A stretch of 61,331 bases of DNA, from the IMG/VR virus record IMGVR_UViG_3300045988_137383, positions 1-61,331 of that record; one strand, given 5' to 3'. A program made the position numbers and the translations under genes. Position 1 is the first letter of the stretch. Each line of letters starts with the position of its first letter. Positions 17,902-25,860 of the stretch are shown here, piece by piece. The DNA comes from a virus. The notes under the pieces were generated by a model, which was not told where the DNA came from, made no database searches, and was given only the letters and a program-made list of their open reading frames with translations.

Positions 17902-18121
17902 GGCGATTTGGCGGCGTTTTTCGGGTTGAGGTGAGGAAAGCCTTGTTTTGCGGACGAAAGTCGGCGAGAGGGCGAGAAAACTGGCAAAGAATGGAAATTA
18001 CAGGATGAGTTTTGAATGAAAACCCGCCGCCGCGTGGGTCTTATCGCGGCGAATTAGTCATTAGTGTTATTGATTATGTGGTTACACTCCGACGGCCAGC
18101 GGCGAACGCTCGCCCGAGGGA

Positions 18122-18234
18122 CTTCCCGAAGGCCGGAATAAGGATGCTTCCGGCACGATGAGCGAGGACGCCCAAAACACACCTCGTTCAAAGCGTAGGA
18201 CGGCAGGACGGTTCGAGTCCGTCCCGGGGAGCCA
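18122..18234 (+). ncRNA. tRNA-like element 1: acceptor-like stem, two oversized arms, canonical T-arm and 3' CCA
   Basis: T-arm GACGG-TTCGAGT-CCGTC (18207-18223); CTTCCCG (18122-28) pairs with CGGGGAG (18225-31); arms at 18132-54 and 18159-90; CCA at 18232-34. Confidence 0.4.
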
Positions 18235-18332
18235 CACTCAAAGTCTTGGCAGACTTAGGAAAAGCCTCGCAAGCAGGCCAAGGTAGCCCAGGAGTTACCT
18301 TCCAACCCAAGTAGCGGCGTGAGCCGCGAAAA

Positions 18333-18436
18333 GCCCGGAGAGAAAGCGTCCACGGGGACGCGGGAATACGTAGCGATGCTAAAAACACAAATTGATGATT
18401 TTGACAAAAGGCGGTTCGACTCCGCGCTCCGGGCCA
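18333..18436 (+). ncRNA. tRNA-like element 2 (weaker)
   Basis: GCCCGGAG (18333-40) is perfectly complementary to CTCCGGGC (18427-34); T-arm-like GCGG-TTCGACT-CCGC (18411-25); CCA at 18434-36. Confidence 0.3.
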
Positions 18437-18474
18437 AGTTTATTACTGATTGTTTAACTTTTAATAATTCAAAA

Positions 18475-19041
18475 ATGATGGAAAATTACATCGGAAAAAA
18501 GTGCATCGTGAGATGCTATGGCGCCGGGGTCTTCTTCGGCGAGGTCAAAGAGGTGAGCAGTGATGCAAACGGGCTGAACGTCCGTCTTGGCAACGCCCGC
18601 AAGGTGTGGTACTGGGACGGCGCCGCCGCCGTGGAGCAGCTTTCGCAGGAAGGCTGCAACGACAGCAGCAAGATCACGGTGGCCGTGCCTGAGCTGGTAG
18701 TCGCCAACGCTGTCCAGATCATACCTTGCTCTGACAAGGCAATAGCTAACATCGAGGCGAAGAAGAACATAAACGCGCTTCTGAAAGGCCTTGAGGTGGC
18801 CTTTGACGAGACGTTCAATTACGCCATGTGCCGCGTGCCTGAGGGCATGGCGGAGCGCACGGAGGCGTTGCAGTCCTACGCCGACGACATCGTGCGTCTG
18901 CTGATACTGTGCTATTCGAGGGTTGACGGTGATCCGCAGGGCAACGACAAGCGTCAGAGGGTGCACAGGGCGATAGCGAACTTCAAGGCCGTGCCTGGGT
19001 TCGACGCGGAGGCTCTCATCAGGTTCTTCAAGATGAGGTAG
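18475..19041 (+). CDS. hypothetical protein, 188 aa
   Basis: the track ORF starts at 18319 (GTG); codons before 18475 are AT3-rich, unlike genuine genes here; ATGATG at 18475 follows an A/T-rich leader. Confidence 0.7.
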   Translation: MMENYIGKKCIVRCYGAGVFFGEVKEVSSDANGLNVRLGNARKVWYWDGAAAVEQLSQEGCNDSSKITVAVPELVVANAVQIIPCSDKAIANIEAKKNINALLKGLEVAFDETFNYAMCRVPEGMAERTEALQSYADDIVRLLILCYSRVDGDPQGNDKRQRVHRAIANFKAVPGFDAEALIRFFKMR

Positions 19042-19042
19042 T

Positions 19043-19363
19043 ATGGGCGGAGTGAAAGGATATGGAGACATGACCGGACAGAGGTTCGGGAAATGGACGG
19101 TGCTGGGGATGACGTCCAGAACATCAACGGACGGGCACAAGAGAACGGCGTGCCTTTGCCGCTGCGACTGCGGGACCGAAAGGGTTGTTTACGCCCAGAG
19201 CCTAAGGGGCGGCCTGACCAAGAGCTGCGGATGTGCCAAGCCGGTGCCGTCTGCGGGTAGGAGGCCGAAGGCGGAGAAGACCGGGGCGCAGTCGGACCCG
19301 GTCGGGGATGACTGGATGTTCGGGAAGATGGGCTCCAAGGGTTTGTTTGCAAGAAGGAGGTAG
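19043..19363 (+). CDS. Cys-rich zinc-ribbon-like protein (paralog of 25861-26211)
   Basis: GQRFGKWTVLG...CRCDCG...SCGC...DDWMFG is shared with the paralog. Confidence 0.7.
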   Translation: MGGVKGYGDMTGQRFGKWTVLGMTSRTSTDGHKRTACLCRCDCGTERVVYAQSLRGGLTKSCGCAKPVPSAGRRPKAEKTGAQSDPVGDDWMFGKMGSKGLFARRR

Positions 19364-19367
19364 GCAT

Positions 19368-20228
19368 ATGGCTGATGAGATAAAGCAACTGGATCTCTTC
19401 GGCGAGGAGGTCAGGCCGAAGGCCAAGTATGTTCAGGGGCAGGTCGGCAAGGATGATTACGGCGAGTTCACGGAGAAGTTCAGGGCGAAACTGACCACGG
19501 ACGACTGCTACACGCCCGTTGAGGTGTACGAGGCCGTCCTTGGATGGTTGAGGGAGAAGGTGGACATTGAAGGCTGTAACATCGTTCGGCCATTCTGGCC
19601 GGGCGGCGACTATGAGGCCTATGACTACAAGGAGGATGATGTCGTGGTTGACAACCCGCCGTTCAGCATCCTCGCCGGGATATTGAGATTCTATCAGGGC
19701 AGGGGGATCCGCTTCTTCCTGTTCGGGCCGCAGCTGACGCTCTTTTCTTCTTCTTCTTCTTCTTCTTCTTCTCTGACCTACATCCCTTGCGCCTGTCCGG
19801 TCGAGTATGCCAACGGGGCGAAGGTCAGCACCGGATTCATCTGCAACCTCTTCGGGGACGTGCTCGCGATGTCCGCGCCCGACCTCAGGAAAAGGATAAA
19901 GGAGGCGCAGGAGAAGGCGAAAGGCGATGGTTCGGTGTCCTTGCCGCGCTACGAGTACCCTCCAGAGGTGCTCACTTCCTCGATGCTGGGCTACCTGTCC
20001 ACGCACGGGGTGGAGTTCAAGGTTATGAGGGACGAGGTGTCGCCGGTGCCGCTGTCCGCGCTCGCGTCGCAGAAGGCCGTCGGCAAATCGATATTTGGCA
20101 AAGGATGGCTGATCTCGGAGAAGAAGGCTGCGGAGAAGAAGGCTGCGGAGAAGATCATCGTCTGGGAGCTGAGCGAAGCCGAGAGGGAAGCCGTCAGAAG
20201 GATTTCTTTGGACAAAAAAAACGTATAG
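19368..20228 (+). CDS. putative DNA methyltransferase (N6-adenine/N4-cytosine type)
   Basis: motif IV VVDNPPFS; first ATG at 19368 (MADEIKQLDLF); no cognate nuclease nearby. Confidence 0.65.
   Translation: MADEIKQLDLFGEEVRPKAKYVQGQVGKDDYGEFTEKFRAKLTTDDCYTPVEVYEAVLGWLREKVDIEGCNIVRPFWPGGDYEAYDYKEDDVVVDNPPFSILAGILRFYQGRGIRFFLFGPQLTLFSSSSSSSSSLTYIPCACPVEYANGAKVSTGFICNLFGDVLAMSAPDLRKRIKEAQEKAKGDGSVSLPRYEYPPEVLTSSMLGYLSTHGVEFKVMRDEVSPVPLSALASQKAVGKSIFGKGWLISEKKAAEKKAAEKIIVWELSEAEREAVRRISLDKKNV
19746..19772 (+). repeat. (TCT)9 microsatellite encoding Ser9 inside the methyltransferase
   Basis: nine consecutive TCT codons. Confidence 0.95.
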
Positions 20229-20232
20229 GATT

Positions 20233-20541
20233 ATGGATATAGCAGATTTAATCGGAATTATAGTTCTGATATTCACGCCGATCGTGGCCGTTGGCACGGT
20301 GCAGATGCTTGTCGATCACAGGGAGCGGAAACAGAAGGTAAAGGAGGAGCTCGACAAGATGTGGAACCGCATTGAGTGGCTCTGCAGGGATGTGGACGAC
20401 CGCCTCTCGGTTGACCGTCTGGAACTCCAGCAGAAATCCAAGCAGGTGCGCAACCTGTGGAAGCGGCTGCGCCACGTGGAGGAGGATCTCTACATCGAGC
20501 CGTCAGACGCGTTCAAGGAGAAGGAGGAGGACGGGGAATGA
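20233..20541 (+). CDS. membrane-anchored coiled-coil protein, 102 aa
   Basis: N-terminal TM helix LIGIIVLIFTPIVAVGTV. Confidence 0.65.
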   Translation: MDIADLIGIIVLIFTPIVAVGTVQMLVDHRERKQKVKEELDKMWNRIEWLCRDVDDRLSVDRLELQQKSKQVRNLWKRLRHVEEDLYIEPSDAFKEKEEDGE

Positions 20542-20921
20542 ATATGACTACGAGAAGGTTGGTTTACGACAAATATGGAGGACGCTGCGCGTACTGCGGT
20601 AAGGAGTTGAGGTTTGAGGACATGCAGGTCGATCACATTGTCCCGGTCTGGAGAGGCAGGGATCACGAGACACTTTCAAAGATGGTGGCCATCGGTGATG
20701 ATTCAGTCGAAAATCTCAATCCGTCATGCAGGGCGTGCAATTTCAGAAAGGGGACGAACTCGGTAGAGGATTTCAGAAGGATCCTCAGGGAACAGTGCCA
20801 AGGGATAATGAAGCGGTCTTTCCAGGTAAGGCAGAGCCTTGATTTCGGACTGCTTGAATGGCACGACATGGATGTGGTGTTTTTCTTTGAGAGTTATGGT
20901 CAAGGCGAGGGTCAGGTATAA
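20538..20921 (+). CDS. HNH endonuclease
   Basis: CAYCG...DHIVP...NLNPSCRACNFRKG; ATGA overlap with the upstream stop. Confidence 0.85.
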   Translation: MNMTTRRLVYDKYGGRCAYCGKELRFEDMQVDHIVPVWRGRDHETLSKMVAIGDDSVENLNPSCRACNFRKGTNSVEDFRRILREQCQGIMKRSFQVRQSLDFGLLEWHDMDVVFFFESYGQGEGQV

Positions 20922-21081
20922 GGCGAGGGTTGGCTACACGGTGGAGTGCCAGAGGGCGAAGTACAAGCACTGGCACCTGATAGGCACCCACAGGGAGACC
21001 GACATCGAGTTCAGGAGGGCGCTGGGGGACGGCTCGGTTCAGTGGCTCAGGAAGGTGTTCGAGCCGGAGTTTATGTTTTGA
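20896..21081 (+). CDS. hypothetical basic protein, 61 aa
   Basis: internal ATG of track ORF 20839-21081. Confidence 0.4.
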   Translation: MVKARVRYKARVGYTVECQRAKYKHWHLIGTHRETDIEFRRALGDGSVQWLRKVFEPEFMF

Positions 21082-21115
21082 AAGATTAAGGATTACAATT
21101 TAACTAAGTTTTAAG

Positions 21116-21751
21116 ATGAGACGTACAAACCAATCAATCAAGGTCAGAATTGTAGAAGAGGACTATTCTGTCACGGGCAATACGACTGAATGCCGTATGC
21201 GCATACGCACGCAGATAACCCCAAGTTGGTATCACGAGTATTATGCTATAGGCCGGGCTAAGTGTGACCCTAATGATATTTATGACGAATCCACGGGCAG
21301 AAAGATAGCCAAGGCCAGGGCTGTGACAAAAGCATACAAGGAGGCTTACAGATGCGCCACAAAGTATTTCAGGAGGCAGCTTATGTATATCGACTCCTAC
21401 AACCGCTTCCAGCTCAAGGTATCGGATGTGATCAACGGGAACCAAAAGTATCTGGAGAGAATGTTGAGACTTAATCAAGCAAAACAGGTTATGAAGCAAA
21501 AAGAGCATCATGATTTGAAGATCAGTCCCAAATATTACAGGGATATAGAAAGTAATGGAAAACGCTTTGAAGTACGGTTCAATGACCGAGACTTCAAGGT
21601 AGGAGATATCTTGAATCTTCGCGAGTGGGCAGGAGGAGAGTATACTGGAAGAAAAATTACTTGCGAGGTTAAGTATATCTTGGATAATCCGGACTATTGC
21701 AAGGACGGTTATGTTATTATGCAAATTGATGTCATATCTATCAGTCGGTAA
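21116..21751 (+). CDS. two-domain protein with a C-terminal ASCH/DUF3850-like domain
   Basis: HHDLKISPKYYRDIESNGKRFEVRFNDRDFKVGDILNLREW..GEYTGRKITCEVKYIL matches the DUF3850 pattern. Confidence 0.7.
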   Translation: MRRTNQSIKVRIVEEDYSVTGNTTECRMRIRTQITPSWYHEYYAIGRAKCDPNDIYDESTGRKIAKARAVTKAYKEAYRCATKYFRRQLMYIDSYNRFQLKVSDVINGNQKYLERMLRLNQAKQVMKQKEHHDLKISPKYYRDIESNGKRFEVRFNDRDFKVGDILNLREWAGGEYTGRKITCEVKYILDNPDYCKDGYVIMQIDVISISR

Positions 21752-21766
21752 TTAAAATGATTAATT

Positions 21767-21976
21767 ATGGCATGGATAGCAAGAGATTTATCAGAAGATT
21801 TATATGTCTATGATTCAAAACCTGTTAGAGACGATGAATTTTACGGGTGGATTATCCCGGATGCTTTCAGATATGAAATATTTGACTTTAATAGGGTTGA
21901 ACTTCCTTCTGACGCTGATGAAAAGCTAATTGGAAGGCATATCACTTGGGAAGACAATCCTGTAGAATTGAAATAG
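21767..21976 (+). CDS. hypothetical protein, 69 aa (AT-rich island)
   Basis: ATG ORF. Confidence 0.6.
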   Translation: MAWIARDLSEDLYVYDSKPVRDDEFYGWIIPDAFRYEIFDFNRVELPSDADEKLIGRHITWEDNPVELK

Positions 21977-21978
21977 TT

Positions 21979-22245
21979 ATGTTTATATTAATTCTATTCA
22001 TAGCCGTCTACTTCATTGCCGGCTCGATTATCATGTGCCTTTTGGAGCGATGGGAGCGTTCGGTGATGAAAATTGATGGATATAATGGCTTTGAAGGAGT
22101 TTTCATTGACAAGGAAAAGGGTAGCCGCGAATGCAAGGTAAAGTATGACAGCATCATCGGGATGATAATTGTCTGGCCTCTCGTTATATTATCTTTGATT
22201 GTTTTTCTCATTTATAAGCTAATCAGAAAATTGTGTGGAATATGA
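21979..22245 (+). CDS. membrane protein, 88 aa
   Basis: ATG at 21979 (MFILILFIAVYFIAG); two TM helices. Confidence 0.6.
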   Translation: MFILILFIAVYFIAGSIIMCLLERWERSVMKIDGYNGFEGVFIDKEKGSRECKVKYDSIIGMIIVWPLVILSLIVFLIYKLIRKLCGI

Positions 22246-22460
22246 CAAATCTCGAACAAACATTTTTGGAATCAGCGACAAGATATTTCCGTGAAGCCCA
22301 ATCAAAGGAAATCGACTGGGAGCAGCGCAGGTATGAAATAGCAAAAGATGCGCTCGCAGCCTTACTCTCAAATCCTACAATAGGAGGAGTGTATGCTTCC
22401 TATTCAAAGGTTGCAGTTGATTACGCTGATGCTCTTATTGAGGAACTTAAAAAGAAATAG
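22242..22460 (+). CDS. hypothetical protein, 72 aa
   Basis: ATGA overlap with the upstream stop. Confidence 0.6.
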   Translation: MTNLEQTFLESATRYFREAQSKEIDWEQRRYEIAKDALAALLSNPTIGGVYASYSKVAVDYADALIEELKKK

Positions 22461-22462
22461 TT

Positions 22463-22696
22463 ATGACAATTGAGGAAAAAGCAAAAAGCTATGCAGGCTA
22501 TGATGTAATGCCTACACCAGATATAGTCACTGAGGTAAGGATGGCCAACATACGCGATGCTTTCAAAGCAGGTGCTGAATGGATGCTTGAAAAAGCCTGT
22601 GAATATATAAGGAGTCAATATCCAGTTCACTACCAAGAATGGTATGAGTTAGCTGAAGAACGTGTTAAACAATTCAAGAAAGCAATGGAAGAATAA
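22463..22696 (+). CDS. hypothetical protein, 77 aa (tandem paralog A)
   Basis: MTIEEKAKSY...AFKAGAEWMLEKACEYI. Confidence 0.6.
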   Translation: MTIEEKAKSYAGYDVMPTPDIVTEVRMANIRDAFKAGAEWMLEKACEYIRSQYPVHYQEWYELAEERVKQFKKAMEE

Positions 22697-22699
22697 ATT

Positions 22700-22915
22700 A
22701 TGACAATTGAAGAAAAATCTATAGATTTTGTTAGCGGTATTATCGACCATAAAATTGCTACTTTAGAAAGAGTTAGTTTTACTTGCGGCGCACAGTGGAT
22801 GCAATCCGAATTGATAGAAAAAGCCGTCGAGTGGTTCAAGCATCAAAAGGAAGAGATAGGAATATCTTGGTTTGATGACTTTGAGATTAGATTCAGAAAA
22901 GCAATGAAGGACTAA
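22700..22915 (+). CDS. hypothetical protein, 71 aa (tandem paralog B)
   Basis: MTIEEKSIDF...CGAQWMQSELIEKAVEWF is similar to the upstream gene. Confidence 0.6.
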   Translation: MTIEEKSIDFVSGIIDHKIATLERVSFTCGAQWMQSELIEKAVEWFKHQKEEIGISWFDDFEIRFRKAMKD

Positions 22916-22929
22916 TTTAGCTCAAGAAG

Positions 22930-23256
22930 ATGATTTTCAGACACGAATTTGGTAAAGGAGAATGGAATTTACCGGAAATCCTCAACTACGAGGAATATAG
23001 GTACAATAAGTCATGTGCATGTGATAACTGTAACTACCATTTTACACATCGATCAGCATATCGAGAAGGTATTGTGGGATATTGTGTTACTGAAAATGGG
23101 TATTTTCTGTGTTTTGAATGTCCTGGTTGTGGATCAAAATACAGGTATCACTATTCGAGTAACGGAGAAAAATATGGAAATTTTGAGGAATGGAAAAAAG
23201 ATGTAGCCCGTGCACTATTTCTCGAAGGATACGAACAATTCAAAGTGCAGCAATAA
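22930..23256 (+). CDS. Cys-rich putative zinc-binding protein, 108 aa
   Basis: CACDNC...C...CFECPGC. Confidence 0.6.
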   Translation: MIFRHEFGKGEWNLPEILNYEEYRYNKSCACDNCNYHFTHRSAYREGIVGYCVTENGYFLCFECPGCGSKYRYHYSSNGEKYGNFEEWKKDVARALFLEGYEQFKVQQ

Positions 23257-23276
23257 AATAAGAAATAAAAATCATT

Positions 23277-23654
23277 ATGAACGATAAACTAAAAGAGCTA
23301 ATTCAACCTTATTGGGTTGAAGAACAACAAGGAGTATATATTCCATTGATTGACAAGGTGTTGCTCAAGGATAATGTTCCTGCAATGTCATATTACGATT
23401 ATATGAAATACGCAAAAACCAATGGAGTTCAAATCGCAACAAGAGACGAGCTATTGCAGATGTATCTCCAGAAAGATGAGATTAATAAAATATTAAAAGA
23501 ACATAATGGTGATATGCTTGATACTTGGTTTGGTTCTTCGTTGGAGTATAATTCACTTTACGTGCGGTTCGTCCACTTTAGCACCGGTAGTTGTGGCGTC
23601 GCAAGCAAGCATTATCTTTCTGTCAGCAGGGCGGTCGTAGATTTGAAAAATTAA
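23277..23654 (+). CDS. hypothetical protein, 125 aa (possibly DUF1566-like)
   Basis: IATRDELLQMY...WFGSS...V.F..G pattern; weak. Confidence 0.55.
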   Translation: MNDKLKELIQPYWVEEQQGVYIPLIDKVLLKDNVPAMSYYDYMKYAKTNGVQIATRDELLQMYLQKDEINKILKEHNGDMLDTWFGSSLEYNSLYVRFVHFSTGSCGVASKHYLSVSRAVVDLKN

Positions 23655-23667
23655 AAAAATAGATAAT

Positions 23668-23925
23668 ATGAAACAGTTCACTGTAGAAGAATATAAGAAG
23701 AATCCAAGCCGTAAAGTTATTACTCGTGACGGCAGGAGTGTGAGAATTGTCTGTACCGATGTTATGGGAGCCATTTACCCGGTTCTTGCTGTTTATAAGA
23801 AGGATCCTACTCATGAAAGTTGGAATTCTTATACGACTGATGGAAAACTTTACACAGTGGGAGACACAGATAGCGATTTATTCTTTGCTCCGGAAAACAT
23901 GAGGGTTGGATTAATCTGGCAATAG
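23668..23925 (+). CDS. hypothetical protein, 85 aa; coding signal continues in another frame to 24047
   Basis: after ...FFAPE the next frame reads KHEGWINLAIDSSGEIFVATNHPHKDEKTAKLAVSDKSNVVATCKITWEE and ends 2 nt before the next ATG. Confidence 0.55.
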   Translation: MKQFTVEEYKKNPSRKVITRDGRSVRIVCTDVMGAIYPVLAVYKKDPTHESWNSYTTDGKLYTVGDTDSDLFFAPENMRVGLIWQ

Positions 23926-24049
23926 ACTCAAGCGGAGAAATCTTTGTAGCAACAAACCATCCTCACAAGGACGAGAAAACTGCTAAATTGGCAGTATCTG
24001 ATAAATCAAATGTTGTGGCCACCTGCAAAATAACCTGGGAGGAATAATC

Positions 24050-24505
24050 ATGAAAGTTTCTGAACTACAAATCGGCGACTGGGTGAAAATATCGCGCCAT
24101 GAAAAAGTGGTGGGAATACAGAACATTTCTGTTGCCTCGCCGGATCATTATAATATAACGACCAAATTAGCGGGAGAATCCTATCACAGAAAAGAAGATG
24201 AAGTGGAGTCTATCCCTCTGACAAGAGAGATAATGGATGCGAATCTGGACGGGCCGGACGGCTGGAAGTATGACGGAATCAGGTACACCTGGGCCAACAC
24301 TTTCTCGAAAAGCGCCCACCTTCATGCTGTGTACATTGAGTTCGTCATGGATCAAGCTATACTTTGCGTCTATGAGCGGAAGTCCACGATGTCTCATTCG
24401 CAGGAACCGCGCATTTTGGGAATGAAAATATCCTATGTCCACGAGTTGCAGCGCGCCCTGCGCTTGGCCGGGCTGAACGGGCTGGCCAATAATTTTAAAG
24501 TATAA
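24050..24505 (+). CDS. hypothetical protein, 151 aa
   Basis: ATG ORF. Confidence 0.65.
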   Translation: MKVSELQIGDWVKISRHEKVVGIQNISVASPDHYNITTKLAGESYHRKEDEVESIPLTREIMDANLDGPDGWKYDGIRYTWANTFSKSAHLHAVYIEFVMDQAILCVYERKSTMSHSQEPRILGMKISYVHELQRALRLAGLNGLANNFKV

Positions 24506-24509
24506 CATT

Positions 24510-24806
24510 ATGGAAGAAAAGCTACAGAAGGCCCTTGTGGATATCGCATTAAAAGTCTGCGAGGCAAAGAAAAGTCCGTTCTGCGACAGGTACATCATAA
24601 CAAGCCTGACAGAACTGCTGAGACATTTCAAGGATAACGGCATGTTGAAAGAAGCCCTCGTGTCCGGAATCAAGAGCGTGAGTGTGCCTGACGGTGTGCT
24701 CGGGATGTTTAATAAATTCATGAAAGAAGACGTTAAATTCCCGAAGCCAACGGATGAGGAGATAGAGCGGATGGCGGACAGGTTCATCACCGATGTGTTT
24801 GAATAG
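24510..24806 (+). CDS. hypothetical protein, 98 aa
   Basis: ATG ORF. Confidence 0.65.
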   Translation: MEEKLQKALVDIALKVCEAKKSPFCDRYIITSLTELLRHFKDNGMLKEALVSGIKSVSVPDGVLGMFNKFMKEDVKFPKPTDEEIERMADRFITDVFE

Positions 24807-24812
24807 GTGTTT

Positions 24813-24968
24813 ATGAGACGTTCAAAATTAGTGGAGGTGATTCCGTTTGACGCTCCATCAGAGTGCCCATACAACTGCGTGGGTTGCGAGCATCTGAGGG
24901 GCGTCGTCTATTACGGCAACGATGATGTCGAGGTCGAGTGCGACCTGGACGAGGAGGAAGGGCAATGA
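24813..24968 (+). CDS. small Cys-containing protein, 51 aa
   Basis: MRRSKLVEVIPFDAPSECPYNCVGCEHL...; overlaps the next start (ATGA). Confidence 0.4.
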   Translation: MRRSKLVEVIPFDAPSECPYNCVGCEHLRGVVYYGNDDVEVECDLDEEEGQ

Positions 24969-25219
24969 CGGAAGATTACACTGACGTATATCACGATGAT
25001 AACGGAACCGTAATACCAGAAGAGTCTTTCGCGCCAACAACCGAAGGTAGTAAGATACTACTAAGCGGCTCTGTTGAGGATTCTCCGAGCTTTGCAAAAT
25101 TGCTTAATGGCGAAAAACAAAAGCATGCTGGGCTATCCAAATCTTTAGAGGAATTGTTAGGTGTTCCTGTTACTGTGTGGGTAAGTTTACGTACAGTTGA
25201 CGAATTAAACAAGGATTGA
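24965..25219 (+). CDS. hypothetical protein, 84 aa
   Basis: ATG at 24965 (MTEDYTDVYHDD). Confidence 0.55.
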   Translation: MTEDYTDVYHDDNGTVIPEESFAPTTEGSKILLSGSVEDSPSFAKLLNGEKQKHAGLSKSLEELLGVPVTVWVSLRTVDELNKD

Positions 25220-25221
25220 AT

Positions 25222-25389
25222 ATGACCAACGAAGAATTTAAGAAAATCCCGTTCAAATATGACGGTGACGGGAATCCGGTAACATTCGGTGAAGCCGGGA
25301 CGTTTTTCACAAGGGAAGAGCGCAGGAAAATCAAAAGGCTCATCGAAAGAGGATATTCGGTGAGCGAGGCAATGAATAAAACCATCTGA
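25222..25389 (+). CDS. small hypothetical protein, 55 aa
   Basis: MTNEEFKKIPFKYDGDGNPV...; 2-nt gaps on both sides. Confidence 0.4.
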   Translation: MTNEEFKKIPFKYDGDGNPVTFGEAGTFFTREERRKIKRLIERGYSVSEAMNKTI

Positions 25390-25391
25390 TT

Positions 25392-25691
25392 ATGAAATTT
25401 GAAATACCAGCAACATTCACGCTCGGCGGTGTGGAGCACGTTGTCGAGATTCAGCAGGTGGTAGGGTATGAACAAGATTTTGGGCAATACGATCCTGCCA
25501 GGAAGGTTATACAAATAGCCCTGACAAGCAGGGGCCGGGTCTTGCCGCAGTCATTTCAGCAGCAGACCTTCCTTCACGAGCTTGTCCATGCCATACTGAA
25601 CACGATGCGAAAGGATGACTTATATGATGACGAGTCTTTCGTCAATACTTTCGCTTCCTTTCTCAACGAGGCTATCAACACGATGGAATAG
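25392..25691 (+). CDS. small putative zinc metallopeptidase
   Basis: HELVHAI (HExxH) motif. Confidence 0.55.
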   Translation: MKFEIPATFTLGGVEHVVEIQQVVGYEQDFGQYDPARKVIQIALTSRGRVLPQSFQQQTFLHELVHAILNTMRKDDLYDDESFVNTFASFLNEAINTME

Positions 25692-25694
25692 GCT

Positions 25695-25847
25695 ATGACG
25701 GTTAAAGAACTGATAGAAGCCCTCTATCGGATGCCGCAGGATAGCGAGGTGGTGATGTTCGATGGCCAGAACAGGTACACCCCGCGCAAGGTCTATGTGG
25801 CCGACGGGGGAGGTGATGGTATCAAGTGGAGCGTTGTGATTGATTAA
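25695..25847 (+). CDS. small hypothetical protein, 50 aa
   Basis: MTVKELIEALYRMPQDSEVVMFDG... Confidence 0.4.
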   Translation: MTVKELIEALYRMPQDSEVVMFDGQNRYTPRKVYVADGGGDGIKWSVVID

Positions 25848-25860
25848 AAAGAGCGGAGCA

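Noticed and set aside
18206-18234. A canonical tRNA or tmRNA gene ending in ...GGTTCGAGTCCGTCCCGGGGAGCCA
   Set aside because: The ~75 nt upstream contain no D-arm or 7-nt anticodon loop. No TCCCCGG 5' strand lies at tRNA distance. For a tmRNA there is no 5' GGGG...GA start, no tag ORF and no A discriminator. It is kept only as a tRNA-like element.
18319-18474. An N-terminal extension of gene 18475-19041 (starts at GTG 18319 or ATG 18376)
   Set aside because: Third-codon positions here are A/T-rich, unlike all confident genes. The stretch is made of perfect hairpins and ends in an A/T-rich leader typical of real start sites.
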